Shown: positions 1 to 9,477, counted from the first letter of the stretch. The stretch is 47,956 nucleotides of DNA from a virus (IMGVR_UViG_3300032270_000962:1-47956); one strand, 5' to 3'. The notes: generated by a model not told the origin, from the letters alone. Made by a program: numbers and translations.

Positions 1-3000
1 ATCTGCGGTGCAAACATCGGTATCGAGCGCGAAGAGATGCCGCAACTCGGCGGCCGCATAAAGGGCGACGACACGTGGGCAGCAAAGGCCATCAAGTCGG
101 GACTTATGACAGCAAAAGAGTTCGCACTTGACAACGACAAGCTTGGAAAACTTGATCAAGCAAAACAAGATGAACTACGCAAGCTCGCTAAAAACCCGGC
201 AAAGGTGGCCGAACTTGCCAAGTCAAAAGATCCATTGGTCAAAGAACTGTTTGACGTACTTGACTGGCAGAAATCGGAAGCCAATCTTGAGCCAATAGCT
301 GACAGAGCCGCTGCTGCACTCGGCATCATTGTCGATAAACCCAAGTTCGTTGACCCGGAAACAATGCTTGGGGCTCAGAACCAACTACAGGGCTCAAAAG
401 TTGAGAACATGGCAGATGGTGCAGTCAAAGCCGTACTTGAAGCACTGCCGGTACTTGAGGCTCGACTCGGACGTACGCCAACTCAAGACGAACTTATGGA
501 TTATCTAGCCAACGAGATCAAGCACGGCCTATTCCAGCCCACATTGACTGCTGGATTCCCAGATGGACAAACCTACATGCTTGACGGACACCACCGTTGG
601 GCAGGACTTCTCATGGCTAACAAGAAACTTGAAGCAATGGGAAAGGACGTACGGGTACAACTGAACATAAAGAACTATCAGACAGACATTCGTTCTGGTT
701 TGGAACTCGGTCGCGCCGTACAGGTGGCGATGGGTGTCAAGGATGCCAAGCTCACTGGCGAAGACGATTTTGTATTCAATCCAGATACCCCAGAGCTCAC
801 TCCAGAAGAGTTTGACAAGGTTGTTTCCGATCTGATTGACCCGGCAAAACTAATCGAAAGGCTGCGGGAAGTACGTGAAGGCGGCAAGTTTAGAGAAACA
901 GAAGTAGCCGACACTCCCGGCGACCAAGCAGGCGGCCAAACAGAAAGACTGAAGCCGCGCCAAAAACCACTTGCAGAGATTGTCCGTGAAATCACAGGAC
1001 AGAACGCCACCCTTGAGCCACAGTCCCGTGTTGCCGGAGTAAAAGGGAAACCAACCGGCTACCGGGCTCTTGACTCCGGAATGAAGTGGAACTCAGTCGA
1101 GGACCATGTGCAAATCGAGACAGATCGCGGCAATCCACTGTTTGATACGTACAAAGAATACGTTGATAAAGACTACGAAGTTGCATGGGTAACTCACGAT
1201 GCGAAAGAAGCAGGCCGCTACGCAGTTAGTGCCGATCAAGTCAACGCATTTGATCGAGATGAAATCACTGTTGACCCGGCAAACATTGGTGAAGTTGATC
1301 TCGCCGGTGCAATTCTAGTTGGCAAAGACGATGAAGGCGGCTTCCTCTACGCCCGGAAAAAGCCAACGAAAGCCACCCGGCAACGTATTGAAACTCTGAA
1401 GAGTGAGGAAGAGTACCTCGACGGCTTTGCATCAATGAGCAGTTACCCGGAAAACCGAGATGGCCGAACGAGACCCGGCGACCGCTATCCATTCGATGTC
1501 AGGCCGTCCGCATTTGACAAGGAAACCTTGGACAATATCTCAATGGACATCACTGCCCAAGAAGCAGACAATGTACTCAACAATAGCCCTTCATTTATGT
1601 TGGACGAGCGTGACATTAAGAAAGTAGAAGAGGCCATCAAGAGACTTGAGGGCATGGGTGAACGCGGCAAAAAGAGGGCAGCCAAACTCAGACGGGACTT
1701 AGAGAGGAAGAAGAAGAACGACGAACGCTTGCTTGAGCGAATGCGAAGAGATATGGATAACTATAAGCCCGTCCAACCATACCTTGGAAAACCCGGCGAT
1801 GACGACGGCTTTACGGGTGAAAGAAGTGTTCCTCTTGACGTTGTAGCAGGTGGTCCTTATACATTTGACTCAGATCAGCGTGGTGGCGCAGACCAGCGCG
1901 ATCTAGAAGTGGTTCCAGATTATTGGAACACCGGGCAACAGCAGCGCATCGCCGGCGTTCGAGTGCCGGTAAGGACACCCGACGAGCATGGCGCGCCAAA
2001 ACCGAGTGCACCTATTTACCGAGAAACCATAAAGATCGGCCGCAAGCAGTACACGTTTGAGGTGGACACCCACGGTATTGTGAGCGTTTATACGGGACGG
2101 AAGTACAAGCAGGTAGCACAACTGAACCTTGATCGCGGCCACTCCATGCAGGGTGGACGTCGAGCAGAGAATTCAGGTCGTCACTTCATTGAGATGGTCA
2201 CGGTTGAGAAAAAGCACCGACGTAAAGGAATAGCCACATACATGGCCGAGATGGCCGAACATGCCTACGGCGGCAAGGTTGAACACTCGACTGCATTGAC
2301 TCCACTTGGGAAAAAGTGGCGTGATGCTGATGTTGAACAGCGCGGCGCAACTGCACTCCCGCTGCCTAAAGACTTTGATGTAGAAACACCTCCGGACTGG
2401 GATGCAGGCGATGGCTTTGCTTCTACGGGTGTGGCAACAATACCGAAGCCCTCAAAAATGCCGAAGAATGGACAAGGGTCCGTGGCCGACATCAAGGAGA
2501 GACGCAACTACAAGAAGCTAAAGCCACGTTACTTTGAGACAGAAGATGGCGAACAGCTTGAGTTGTATCACAGCGACCTAGCAACAAACACTTTCATGGT
2601 TCGACTTGGCGACAAAGGAGTGGCACGGGTATCCGTTATTGAGGACAACGATGGGCTTCAGAAGCTTACGGTTATGAACATACAGCCCGGATACGACGCA
2701 GCACAGATCGAATCAGAGCTAACAAAATACGTCAAAGAATATTTCCCCGACGCTCAACCAGCAGAAGGAAAGGCCCGAGTGGGCAAAGAGGTGAGCGAAC
2801 CCGGTTTTGCCTCACGTGGCAACTACCAGCCGCTCCCCACACCCGGCGATGACGATGGCTTCTCTACGGACTCAACGCTTGAGAAGATAGCTGATCGAAT
2901 GGGTCTTGATCAACTTCCGGATGGCCGAGACCGGCAGATGTCTGCATTAACGGGACGAATGTATGCAGGAACAACCAGTGAAGCAACGTTGGCCGAAAAA

Positions 3001-3750
3001 CTTGGCATCACACCAGAACAACTTAGAGAACAACTCCAAGAGTTGTCCGACAACATCAATGACTTCGTTGAACGGTTTGTGAACGACAAGACAGTTCGTA
3101 AGCAAGTAAAGTATGGCTACAAGGCTCTTTCGTTAGCCGCCATGCTTCTGGGAATGAAAGGCATGAAGGACTACATGTCTTTGCTCAATCCAAACTTCTC
3201 TGGTGGTGGAGATGGTTCTGGAAGGGGTACTAGCTTGATGGACATCATTGATGACATGCTTGGTGCTGGCATACACGAAGCACTTATCGCTTACGGGTCA
3301 AACTTCGCCAATCTGCTTGCCACTGAATACGCCGCCATGCGTCTTGTTACTCAAGAGAAGGTAAAGCAGATGATTACCGACATACAGGCAAGGATCGAAG
3401 GAACTGGACAAAAGATTGGCGTCATGTCAACAGATATGTGGAATCGACTTCGCGGGTCTTGGAAGCTGACACGTGCGAAAGCCCCCATCGCTGTTCCGGC
3501 CAGCGCAAAGCAATGGATTGTTGCCGGGTCAACTCCTGCATGGGCTGAGATGTCTTGGACTGATTACCAATCAAAGAGCCGGGTAACAAGCGGCTTGCAG
3601 CCTACGAACATACGAGCTTGGGCCGACATCGTAAGCAAGGTTGGTCAAAGTCCTGAACTCATTGACATAGCAACGTACCGGGCAGGCTATGGCTACGGAC
3701 AAATACGAGTCAAACCACGCAATGTGGTTCGCGTCTACCTGACTACTTAG
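1..3750 (+). CDS. Large multidomain (polyvalent-type) phage protein, 5'-truncated; ParB/Srx-like domain and GNAT-like domain
   Basis: Frame 1 is open from base 1 (ICGANIGIEREEMPQL...). ParB-like motif YMLDGHHRW; GNAT-like acetyl-CoA motif VTVEKKHRRKGIAT...STALTPLG; repeated (D/P)GF(A/T/S) linkers. Confidence 0.7.
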   Translation: MCGANIGIEREEMPQLGGRIKGDDTWAAKAIKSGLMTAKEFALDNDKLGKLDQAKQDELRKLAKNPAKVAELAKSKDPLVKELFDVLDWQKSEANLEPIADRAAAALGIIVDKPKFVDPETMLGAQNQLQGSKVENMADGAVKAVLEALPVLEARLGRTPTQDELMDYLANEIKHGLFQPTLTAGFPDGQTYMLDGHHRWAGLLMANKKLEAMGKDVRVQLNIKNYQTDIRSGLELGRAVQVAMGVKDAKLTGEDDFVFNPDTPELTPEEFDKVVSDLIDPAKLIERLREVREGGKFRETEVADTPGDQAGGQTERLKPRQKPLAEIVREITGQNATLEPQSRVAGVKGKPTGYRALDSGMKWNSVEDHVQIETDRGNPLFDTYKEYVDKDYEVAWVTHDAKEAGRYAVSADQVNAFDRDEITVDPANIGEVDLAGAILVGKDDEGGFLYARKKPTKATRQRIETLKSEEEYLDGFASMSSYPENRDGRTRPGDRYPFDVRPSAFDKETLDNISMDITAQEADNVLNNSPSFMLDERDIKKVEEAIKRLEGMGERGKKRAAKLRRDLERKKKNDERLLERMRRDMDNYKPVQPYLGKPGDDDGFTGERSVPLDVVAGGPYTFDSDQRGGADQRDLEVVPDYWNTGQQQRIAGVRVPVRTPDEHGAPKPSAPIYRETIKIGRKQYTFEVDTHGIVSVYTGRKYKQVAQLNLDRGHSMQGGRRAENSGRHFIEMVTVEKKHRRKGIATYMAEMAEHAYGGKVEHSTALTPLGKKWRDADVEQRGATALPLPKDFDVETPPDWDAGDGFASTGVATIPKPSKMPKNGQGSVADIKERRNYKKLKPRYFETEDGEQLELYHSDLATNTFMVRLGDKGVARVSVIEDNDGLQKLTVMNIQPGYDAAQIESELTKYVKEYFPDAQPAEGKARVGKEVSEPGFASRGNYQPLPTPGDDDGFSTDSTLEKIADRMGLDQLPDGRDRQMSALTGRMYAGTTSEATLAEKLGITPEQLREQLQELSDNINDFVERFVNDKTVRKQVKYGYKALSLAAMLLGMKGMKDYMSLLNPNFSGGGDGSGRGTSLMDIIDDMLGAGIHEALIAYGSNFANLLATEYAAMRLVTQEKVKQMITDIQARIEGTGQKIGVMSTDMWNRLRGSWKLTRAKAPIAVPASAKQWIVAGSTPAWAEMSWTDYQSKSRVTSGLQPTNIRAWADIVSKVGQSPELIDIATYRAGYGYGQIRVKPRNVVRVYLTT

Positions 3751-4280
3751 AACTCTACTTCTTCGCCCGAAGCAACAAATGCCTTATAGGCTGCCCGCCT
3801 TGCTTTGGCCTCTGCTTTGGCCTCTGCGACCCGCTTCTCGTTGAGTTCGTCAGCACCATCAAAGTAGTAATCAACATTGTTGTACGCGAGAAAGTGCTTT
3901 GTGCCATCTACTGACTTGATGCCGATCTTGTAAGTACCGAAAGCGTCTGCTTCGTCTGCGATCCAAAACACGACACCAATCGTGCCTTGTGGGACCTTGC
4001 GACCACGATAAACCTTGACTGTTTGACCAACAACAATCTCGCCGTTGGCAAGTGCTTCCAACTTGAGTTTGGTCTCCTCGTCTATCTGGGCCTTGAGACC
4101 TGCCTGATATTCAGCGGCCTGTTCGGGTGTGGCCGTGCAGTAATGGGGCGACTTCCAAGTGCCTACGCCACCATCGTATTCACGTTCGTTGCGCTGGGCC
4201 AAGTAACGCTTTCCGTTTCGATTGGTGTCCCAGAAACACTCGCATCCACACTTCCTGCAATTTGTCATCTGTGAAGTCAT
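3747..4280 (-). CDS. Hypothetical protein with N-terminal CxxC and an SH3-like beta region
   Basis: ORF track; start moved to the ATG at 4280, which lies 6 nt after TATAAT of the repeated promoter motif. Confidence 0.7.
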   Translation of the reverse strand: MTSQMTNCRKCGCECFWDTNRNGKRYLAQRNEREYDGGVGTWKSPHYCTATPEQAAEYQAGLKAQIDEETKLKLEALANGEIVVGQTVKVYRGRKVPQGTIGVVFWIADEADAFGTYKIGIKSVDGTKHFLAYNNVDYYFDGADELNEKRVAEAKAEAKARRAAYKAFVASGEEVEF

Positions 4281-4321
4281 AAGCAAATTATAGGGCAAGC
4301 TAATCCGTCAGCGCATCTCGT

Positions 4322-4606
4322 TTAGTCGTGGCCATTCCCGGCAACCATCTCATCTGGTGCGTATTGAGCAAAGTGCTCGATTATGTACGCCATAGTCACA
4401 AGCATCTCATCCATAGAACAGTTGAGTGCTTCCAAGCTCTCTTGAGACGTGAGCCTTCCGTGCTTTAGATCGTCAGCAATGCCTTCGAGCGCGCCTCTTG
4501 GCGTGAAACCAATACCACGATAGTTGTCAAGTATTGCGATGTAGAGCTCAGCGAGATCTTCTCTGTCCTCAAAGATTGGTGCGAGTGTTCGACCTTTTGG
4601 TTTCAT
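4322..4606 (-). CDS. Hypothetical protein
   Basis: ORF track; coupled to the upstream gene by a TAATG overlap. Confidence 0.65.
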   Translation of the reverse strand: MKPKGRTLAPIFEDREDLAELYIAILDNYRGIGFTPRGALEGIADDLKHGRLTSQESLEALNCSMDEMLVTMAYIIEHFAQYAPDEMVAGNGHD

Positions 4607-4818
4607 TAGATCACCTGAGTCAAACTAACGATGAACATATCTGTTCCATAACGAATCTGCGCTTTGTCCTCATCAACGTATTCAATGAACTCAGCCTTGA
4701 CGAAACCTGTCGTGTACCTCTTGCTCTTGCCTTTTGCAAAGGTGCCAAACGAAACGGGTATATCAACGATCTCTCCCGGCTGGAGTTTCTTGGCATTGTT
4801 TAGGTCATAAACTTGCAT
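4606..4818 (-). CDS. Hypothetical protein
   Basis: ORF track; GAGGG Shine-Dalgarno-like site upstream. Confidence 0.6.
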   Translation of the reverse strand: MQVYDLNNAKKLQPGEIVDIPVSFGTFAKGKSKRYTTGFVKAEFIEYVDEDKAQIRYGTDMFIVSLTQVI

Positions 4819-4821
4819 GGG

Positions 4822-5100
4822 TTATCCCTCTATGAACTTTCGGACTTCGTCTTCGTTTTCTAGAATAGCCGCTTCTTCGCTGGCCACCTCGTCCTCATAA
4901 GTCTCTGTAATAGAGTCCAAGTGGGGATCAAGCAATCGTGATACCGACAATAGTGTCTCTATGTCCTCACTACGGTACGGGTATTCCTCATCCGTTGCGA
5001 ATACCAACTTGACCGTGCGATCTGCGATGGCTTTCTGCAACTCGAATAGTTGCTGAACGTCAAGTGTTATTTCAGCCGTGTATGTTTCTCTGATACTCAT
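4822..5100 (-). CDS. Hypothetical acidic protein
   Basis: Start moved to the ATG at 5100, which follows an AGGAGGT Shine-Dalgarno site. Confidence 0.65.
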   Translation of the reverse strand: MSIRETYTAEITLDVQQLFELQKAIADRTVKLVFATDEEYPYRSEDIETLLSVSRLLDPHLDSITETYEDEVASEEAAILENEDEVRKFIEG

Positions 5101-5125
5101 GGGTACCTCCTGAGATAGTAACGAA

Positions 5126-5160
5126 CGATAGGTGGCAAAGTGTGACCTCACCACCTATCG
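5126..5160. terminator. Intergenic hairpin
   Basis: Perfect 10-bp inverted repeat CGATAGGTGG...CCACCTATCG; no clear U-tract. Confidence 0.4.
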
Positions 5161-5176
5161 GATTCGATTACAAGGG

Positions 5177-5383
5177 TTATCGAGTGCCACCGAACTCACG
5201 GTGAAGGTCATTAACTGCGACCCACACAAGAAACACTGAGTGAAAGACCAGAACACTCACAGCCCAAGCAACAAACAATACTGTGCTTGGAACTACGAGC
5301 GCACCGAACACCACGAGCATAAAGTTTGCCAATGTGGTCCATGCGGCCTTGATTGCGAATTGGGTATTTGGGTTTGTTGTCAT
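5177..5383 (-). CDS. Small membrane protein
   Basis: Two hydrophobic segments; leaderless ATG at +35 of the motif copy at 5418. Confidence 0.65.
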   Translation of the reverse strand: MTTNPNTQFAIKAAWTTLANFMLVVFGALVVPSTVLFVAWAVSVLVFHSVFLVWVAVNDLHREFGGTR

Positions 5384-5462
5384 AAACAAATCATAGGGAC
5401 AGCTCATTGGCCAACGCACCGAGCTGGTGCGCTCGTGGATTAGGGATCGCTATTCTCTTGGT
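5384..5462. promoter_or_regulatory. Back-to-back pair of the repeated promoter element (9-bp gap)
   Basis: TGCGTT-ggcc-AATGAG-N7-TATGAT on the minus strand and TGCGCT-cgtg-GATTAG-N7-TATTCT on the plus strand. Confidence 0.85.
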
Positions 5463-5639
5463 ATGACCTACGTGAACCCATACGACCAGCCAGAGCCAGC
5501 AGACGAATGCACCCACGATTGGGAGTATTCGGAACAGTCAGAACCCCATAAAGGCCGCGAATACTTCACTTGTCGGAAATGCTCGACAACTGCTGTAACG
5601 GAACCCGAAACGGGCGAGCTTATTTACTTGCCGGCCTGA
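5463..5639 (+). CDS. Small Zn-ribbon-like protein
   Basis: CxH...CxxC; leaderless ATG at +35 of the motif copy at 5428. Confidence 0.6.
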   Translation: MTYVNPYDQPEPADECTHDWEYSEQSEPHKGREYFTCRKCSTTAVTEPETGELIYLPA

Positions 5640-5988
5640 TTGGCTCGCGCCAAACCAAGTTCCATGAGCTCGTCAAGTTGATCTGACGTCAGATTTCTGT
5701 GGACAACTTCTAACGGAGTCGTGTTCTTGTGCATGATGCACTTCTCACTGTCCGTGAACCAACCGATGATCCGGCCTGGTGTGCAGTTGACACCATCACT
5801 CATTGACTACTTTGCCCTTGATTTGTAGGTTGTATCTCTTGTGTGTTTGTCGATCAATCCACGCCAGTAAGCGTTCTCTTTGGCTTGTCTGAACTTACGC
5901 TGCTTATTGCTCATAACCAAGAGCACTGTCACGCAGACTACAACGGTTAGGAAAGACTTGAGATCCATGGTGATTACTTCCTATCTAG

Positions 5989-6061
5989 TGGGCCGTGTAG
6001 GGATCGAACCTACGGCCAAGGCATTATGAGTGCCCTGCTCTAACCGCTGAGCTAACGGCCC
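5989..6061 (-). tRNA. tRNA with CAT anticodon (probably Ile2, possibly elongator Met); CCA not encoded
   Basis: GGGCCGT/ACGGCCC acceptor stem, TAGCTCAGCGGTTAGAGCA D-arm, anticodon loop CTCATAA, GTTCGAT T-loop. The G1-C72 pair argues against an initiator tRNA. Confidence 0.9.
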
Positions 6062-6074
6062 GCAGGTAAAATGT

Positions 6075-6137
6075 AAAAGCCGGGTGAGTTGCGTAACGAT
6101 GTCGTCGAAACTTGTCGCTAACACAATGTCACCCGGC
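6075..6137 (-). terminator. Long hairpin plus U-tract downstream of ssb
   Basis: GCCGGGTGA...TCACCCGGC followed by TTTT, with further internal pairing. Confidence 0.5.
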
Positions 6138-6149
6138 GATCACTGGTGC

Positions 6150-6602
6150 TTAGAAGGGTTCTTCTTCCGATGAACCCACAGACACCGCCCGGCGTGGCTG
6201 GCGAGGGGTTGCCGCTCCGCTGGACTTCTCTCCGCCTGCGCCTTGCGACTTACGACGTTCGATACTTTCGATTGATCGAGTCAGAATGCCGATCTCTTCG
6301 GCCACGATTTCTGTGGTTGATCGCTTCTGTCCCGTTTCTTTGTCATCCCAACTACGCTGCTCAAGTCGGCCCAAAACCATGACACCAATGCCCTTTTCTG
6401 CTGAACGGGCGAGGTTCTCGGCAAGGTAACGCCATGCAATTACGTTGATGAACGAAGTCTTCTCTTGCTTCTCTTTGGCTTCGTCATACCAGATGTGATT
6501 CACTGCCACGCTGAACGAGCATTTCGCTACTCCGCTCGGCAGGAACACGAGTTCCGGGTCTGAGGTGATGTTTCCAACCACCGTCACTGGGGCTAAATTC
6601 AT
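6150..6602 (-). CDS. ssb: Single-stranded DNA-binding protein
   Basis: VTVVGNITSDPEL...FSVAVN...GRLEQRSW OB fold; acidic C-terminus EEEPF. Confidence 0.95.
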   Translation of the reverse strand: MNLAPVTVVGNITSDPELVFLPSGVAKCSFSVAVNHIWYDEAKEKQEKTSFINVIAWRYLAENLARSAEKGIGVMVLGRLEQRSWDDKETGQKRSTTEIVAEEIGILTRSIESIERRKSQGAGGEKSSGAATPRQPRRAVSVGSSEEEPF

Positions 6603-6648
6603 TATTGCTTCCTTTCATTATGGGATAGTGATGAGTACACTAGCACCC

Positions 6649-6927
6649 ATGACCACCGACACAGGTACCACGTCTGAACTAAAAATGGCCGTTATTGATC
6701 TCTTTGCCGGGCTTCTAGATGACCTAGAAATGACCGACGATACCCAAGGTGAGCTGTCCGATCAGGCCATTACTGAGATGCATGACAGGAACGTAGGTCT
6801 TGCCGGGTTCCTAGTGGGCTCTCTGGGGCTCTCAGACGCCACAAAAACCACCGACGGGTACTTGGCTGGGGTAAAACTCGCAGAACCCCTTACATACGTT
6901 GATACGCACCTAAATCAAGCCAGATAG
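6649..6927 (+). CDS. Hypothetical protein
   Basis: ORF track; probable leaderless start TACACT-N7-ATG at 6649. Confidence 0.55.
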   Translation: MTTDTGTTSELKMAVIDLFAGLLDDLEMTDDTQGELSDQAITEMHDRNVGLAGFLVGSLGLSDATKTTDGYLAGVKLAEPLTYVDTHLNQAR

Positions 6928-7053
6928 TTTGCCTGTAGGCCACCTGAAGTCTAGGTAGTGGTAATCGGGTCCCGGATACCCTATAATTGATACTAGTCAA
7001 TCCATCCGGCACCGCCCCACTACTATACGCGGCCACTACCCACGGGAGACAAT

Positions 7054-7638
7054 TTGAACACCACACTAGGCGGAATTGTATTATCTATCGGTCTGTTCTT
7101 TACGAGTTGGGCGCTACCAAGCTCATCCGAGAAACCAGTACTCAGAGGATGGACGGCACAATCCCCCGCCTTGGTGGTCGAACACAACGCACCCCAAACC
7201 ACAACAGTCACCCCTTCTATCGTGTTCAAGCACGGGGATGTTTCGTGGTTGCCAATACTTGCTGAACAGGCTGGCTGGCCGGAAAAGACGTGGGACACAT
7301 TGGGTCAAATAATTCTCAGGGAGTCTGGTGGTTGTCCAAACCGACGTGGTGGGGACATTGTTGATGAGGACTGCAACATCACGGGTGTTTCTACCTACTC
7401 TCACCGCTCTGATTCAGGTCTGCTCCAGATCAACGGGGTGAACTACAACCCGAAGCGAAACAAGTGGGCTCGGATCTGTTCTGACATGGGTATCTGTACC
7501 CAAGAACCACTGCTCGATGCATTGACCAACCTAAAAGCTGGCTACGTCCTTTACCAGTACTCAGGCTTCGGGCCATGGGATCCCTGTCAGTGGGGTCCAG
7601 AGTATGCCAAGCGTTGTACGGCAACCAAAAAGCCATAA
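7054..7638 (+). CDS. Secreted lytic transglycosylase (SLT/lysozyme-like fold)
   Basis: N-terminal signal/TM segment; catalytic ILRESGG, DSGLLQIN and terminal GFGPW motifs. Confidence 0.8.
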   Translation: MNTTLGGIVLSIGLFFTSWALPSSSEKPVLRGWTAQSPALVVEHNAPQTTTVTPSIVFKHGDVSWLPILAEQAGWPEKTWDTLGQIILRESGGCPNRRGGDIVDEDCNITGVSTYSHRSDSGLLQINGVNYNPKRNKWARICSDMGICTQEPLLDALTNLKAGYVLYQYSGFGPWDPCQWGPEYAKRCTATKKP

Positions 7639-7676
7639 CACGCGCCAACGGATGATGCTCTTGTAATCTCTCTAGT

Positions 7677-7722
7677 AGGTAATCAGGGGTGTACTCCTAT
7701 GTCTAGATGACCCCTGATTGCC
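7677..7722 (+). ncRNA. Candidate small hairpin RNA driven by the motif copy at 7641
   Basis: 13-bp stem GGTAATCAGGGGT/ACCCCTGATTGCC begins at the expected +1; no ATG at +35. Confidence 0.4.
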
Positions 7723-7753
7723 GACCAATCTTCTGCCGGGCTAGTCTTATGAC

Positions 7754-8107
7754 ATGGCCAAAAACAAAAAGAAAAAACAAGAAGAAACACGGGACATCGC
7801 ACATCGAGAGAGTGTTCTCAAGGCTGCGCTCAAAGCTGTGACTACAGCGCGAAACCAGTCTTACGGTGAACCACAAGATGACTTCGCCTGTACGTCAGAG
7901 CTCTGGGATTCATACATCACCCGGCTAATCCAGGTCCGAGGATTTGTGAACTTACAGCCGCACGACATCTCGGCCATGATGATCCTTCTCAAAATCTCTC
8001 GACTCGCTAACTCACCCGGCGAAACAGATCACTGGGTTGACATCGCTGGCTACGCAGCCATCGGATCAGAGTGCGCTGTCGAGGCCGACACTCCCTGCTG
8101 CGAGTAG
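7754..8107 (+). CDS. DUF6378-like phage protein
   Basis: RNQSYGEP..F...W...HDISAMMILLKISR...DHWVDIAGYAA pattern; leaderless TAGTCT-N6-ATG. Confidence 0.75.
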   Translation: MAKNKKKKQEETRDIAHRESVLKAALKAVTTARNQSYGEPQDDFACTSELWDSYITRLIQVRGFVNLQPHDISAMMILLKISRLANSPGETDHWVDIAGYAAIGSECAVEADTPCCE

Positions 8108-8323
8108 CTGTGGGAATTGTGCGCTGCCTGTGTGACCGGGTCAATAACCCAACGTGTGACGCTGGCGATGAAGATGATGGCCGACACCCGGCGTTGACAC
8201 CAACGGTCTAGCTGTTCTTGTCGAAATCCTGCATGAGGACGTATTCCTCGGCTCGCCGGTCCTGTTCGTCATTGTAGAGATCAATCACTTCTTCGCGCTC
8301 TTCTTCGCTGAGGCCGTTTAGGT

Positions 8324-8536
8324 TCATGCCTGCACCGTAGCGTCAACGAAAACAAAGTGTGCTGCTACCTCGACACCGAACTCCTCAACGAGATCACTCA
8401 ACGTAAGAACACGAGCATCGTCAATATCGGTTGTAGTAGCGGCAAGTGTTATGGATCGAATAGTACTTACCTTTGCGAGCTGATCGTTGGCCCGGTAAGT
8501 CACTAAATAAGTCTGCTCAGAAAAAAGATCGCTCAT
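8324..8536 (-). CDS. Hypothetical protein
   Basis: ORF track; lies in a minus-strand gene run. Confidence 0.55.
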   Translation of the reverse strand: MSDLFSEQTYLVTYRANDQLAKVSTIRSITLAATTTDIDDARVLTLSDLVEEFGVEVAAHFVFVDATVQA

Positions 8537-8646
8537 AGATCAATCTCGTCTTCGCGCAACATATAAACAGTTAGTACGGCCAAAGCAAAAGCAGCCAATC
8601 CAAAAATCCAAAACGGGATAAACGATCTCATAGAGTCAGAATACAC

Positions 8647-8991
8647 CTAGAAGCACGCCTTATCGCCGCGTCTAATCAGGCCGGCATTGACGGCAACTAC
8701 CCAATCAGTCTCGCCACCAATAAGTTTGCGCATAAACAGAATACGGTCACGAACATACTCTCGATCTGCCGTGTCACCGTCAAAGGGAAACGATGGGTTC
8801 GGGTCGCTAACGTGAGCGAGTACGGCAACTTGTATCTCGGCTTCAGTAGCGAACGGGTAAATCGACCCAGAGCGATCCAAGTCGTAGAAATCTTGACAGT
8901 AGTCCACGAACTCGGCCACGTTGTCAAGCGAAAAGGTTATGTCTAGGTGTGAGGTGAGGTTGTTCATAAACCTATTCTGCATCCTCGTCAT
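8647..8991 (-). CDS. Hypothetical protein (start uncertain)
   Basis: ORF track. Confidence 0.55.
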   Translation of the reverse strand: MTRMQNRFMNNLTSHLDITFSLDNVAEFVDYCQDFYDLDRSGSIYPFATEAEIQVAVLAHVSDPNPSFPFDGDTADREYVRDRILFMRKLIGGETDWVVAVNAGLIRRGDKACF

Positions 8992-9214
8992 CTTCTAGCG
9001 CGTCTTCATCGATGGCGAACATAGAATCCCAGCAAGCAGGGTGAGTGCCAGAAATAATCTGCTCACGAAGCGTCCTATCAAGTTCAGGGAAAGCTACTTG
9101 GGCAAACTCGCCACGGTGGTAGGCGGCAAGGCCATCTGGGGTAACAGTGACTTCGCCTTCGCAACCACAATGGAAGCACTTAGGAGTCGTGATAGTGATA
9201 AGTCTGTCGCTCAT
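8972..9214 (-). CDS. Small Zn-binding protein (CxxC...HxxC)
   Basis: CFHC...SGTHPACWD; leaderless ATG at +35 of the motif copy at 9249. Confidence 0.7.
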   Translation of the reverse strand: MSDRLITITTPKCFHCGCEGEVTVTPDGLAAYHRGEFAQVAFPELDRTLREQIISGTHPACWDSMFAIDEDALEDDEDAE

Positions 9215-9293
9215 ACGACAAATATAGGGCAAAGTAATCCACCAGCGCGTTTCTAACGTGCGTCATCGAATGAGGGCCGGATACTCTTGATTT

Positions 9294-9470
9294 ATGGAAA
9301 CGATAAACCGACACTTTGACTACATTTATCACTACGAGCGCGAGATCGCACGCGAGGCCGCGAAACGCAAACCAAACCAAGCGATTATTGCCTCGGCCCA
9401 GTCGTATGTTGATCACTCTCGAGACCGCATCGCCATCCTCAACGCGCTGGCCAATGAGTGTGGGCTCTAA
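9294..9470 (+). CDS. 58-aa hypothetical protein (missing from ORF track)
   Basis: METINRHFDY...ALANECGL*; ATG at +35 of the motif copy at 9259; the C-terminus is encoded by the next motif copy. Confidence 0.65.
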   Translation: METINRHFDYIYHYEREIAREAAKRKPNQAIIASAQSYVDHSRDRIAILNALANECGL

Positions 9471-9477
9471 TAGTCGT

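Noticed and set aside
8119-8180. TGCGCT near 8120 as another motif copy
   Set aside because: It lacks the RATKA box and a -10 hexamer at the required spacing.
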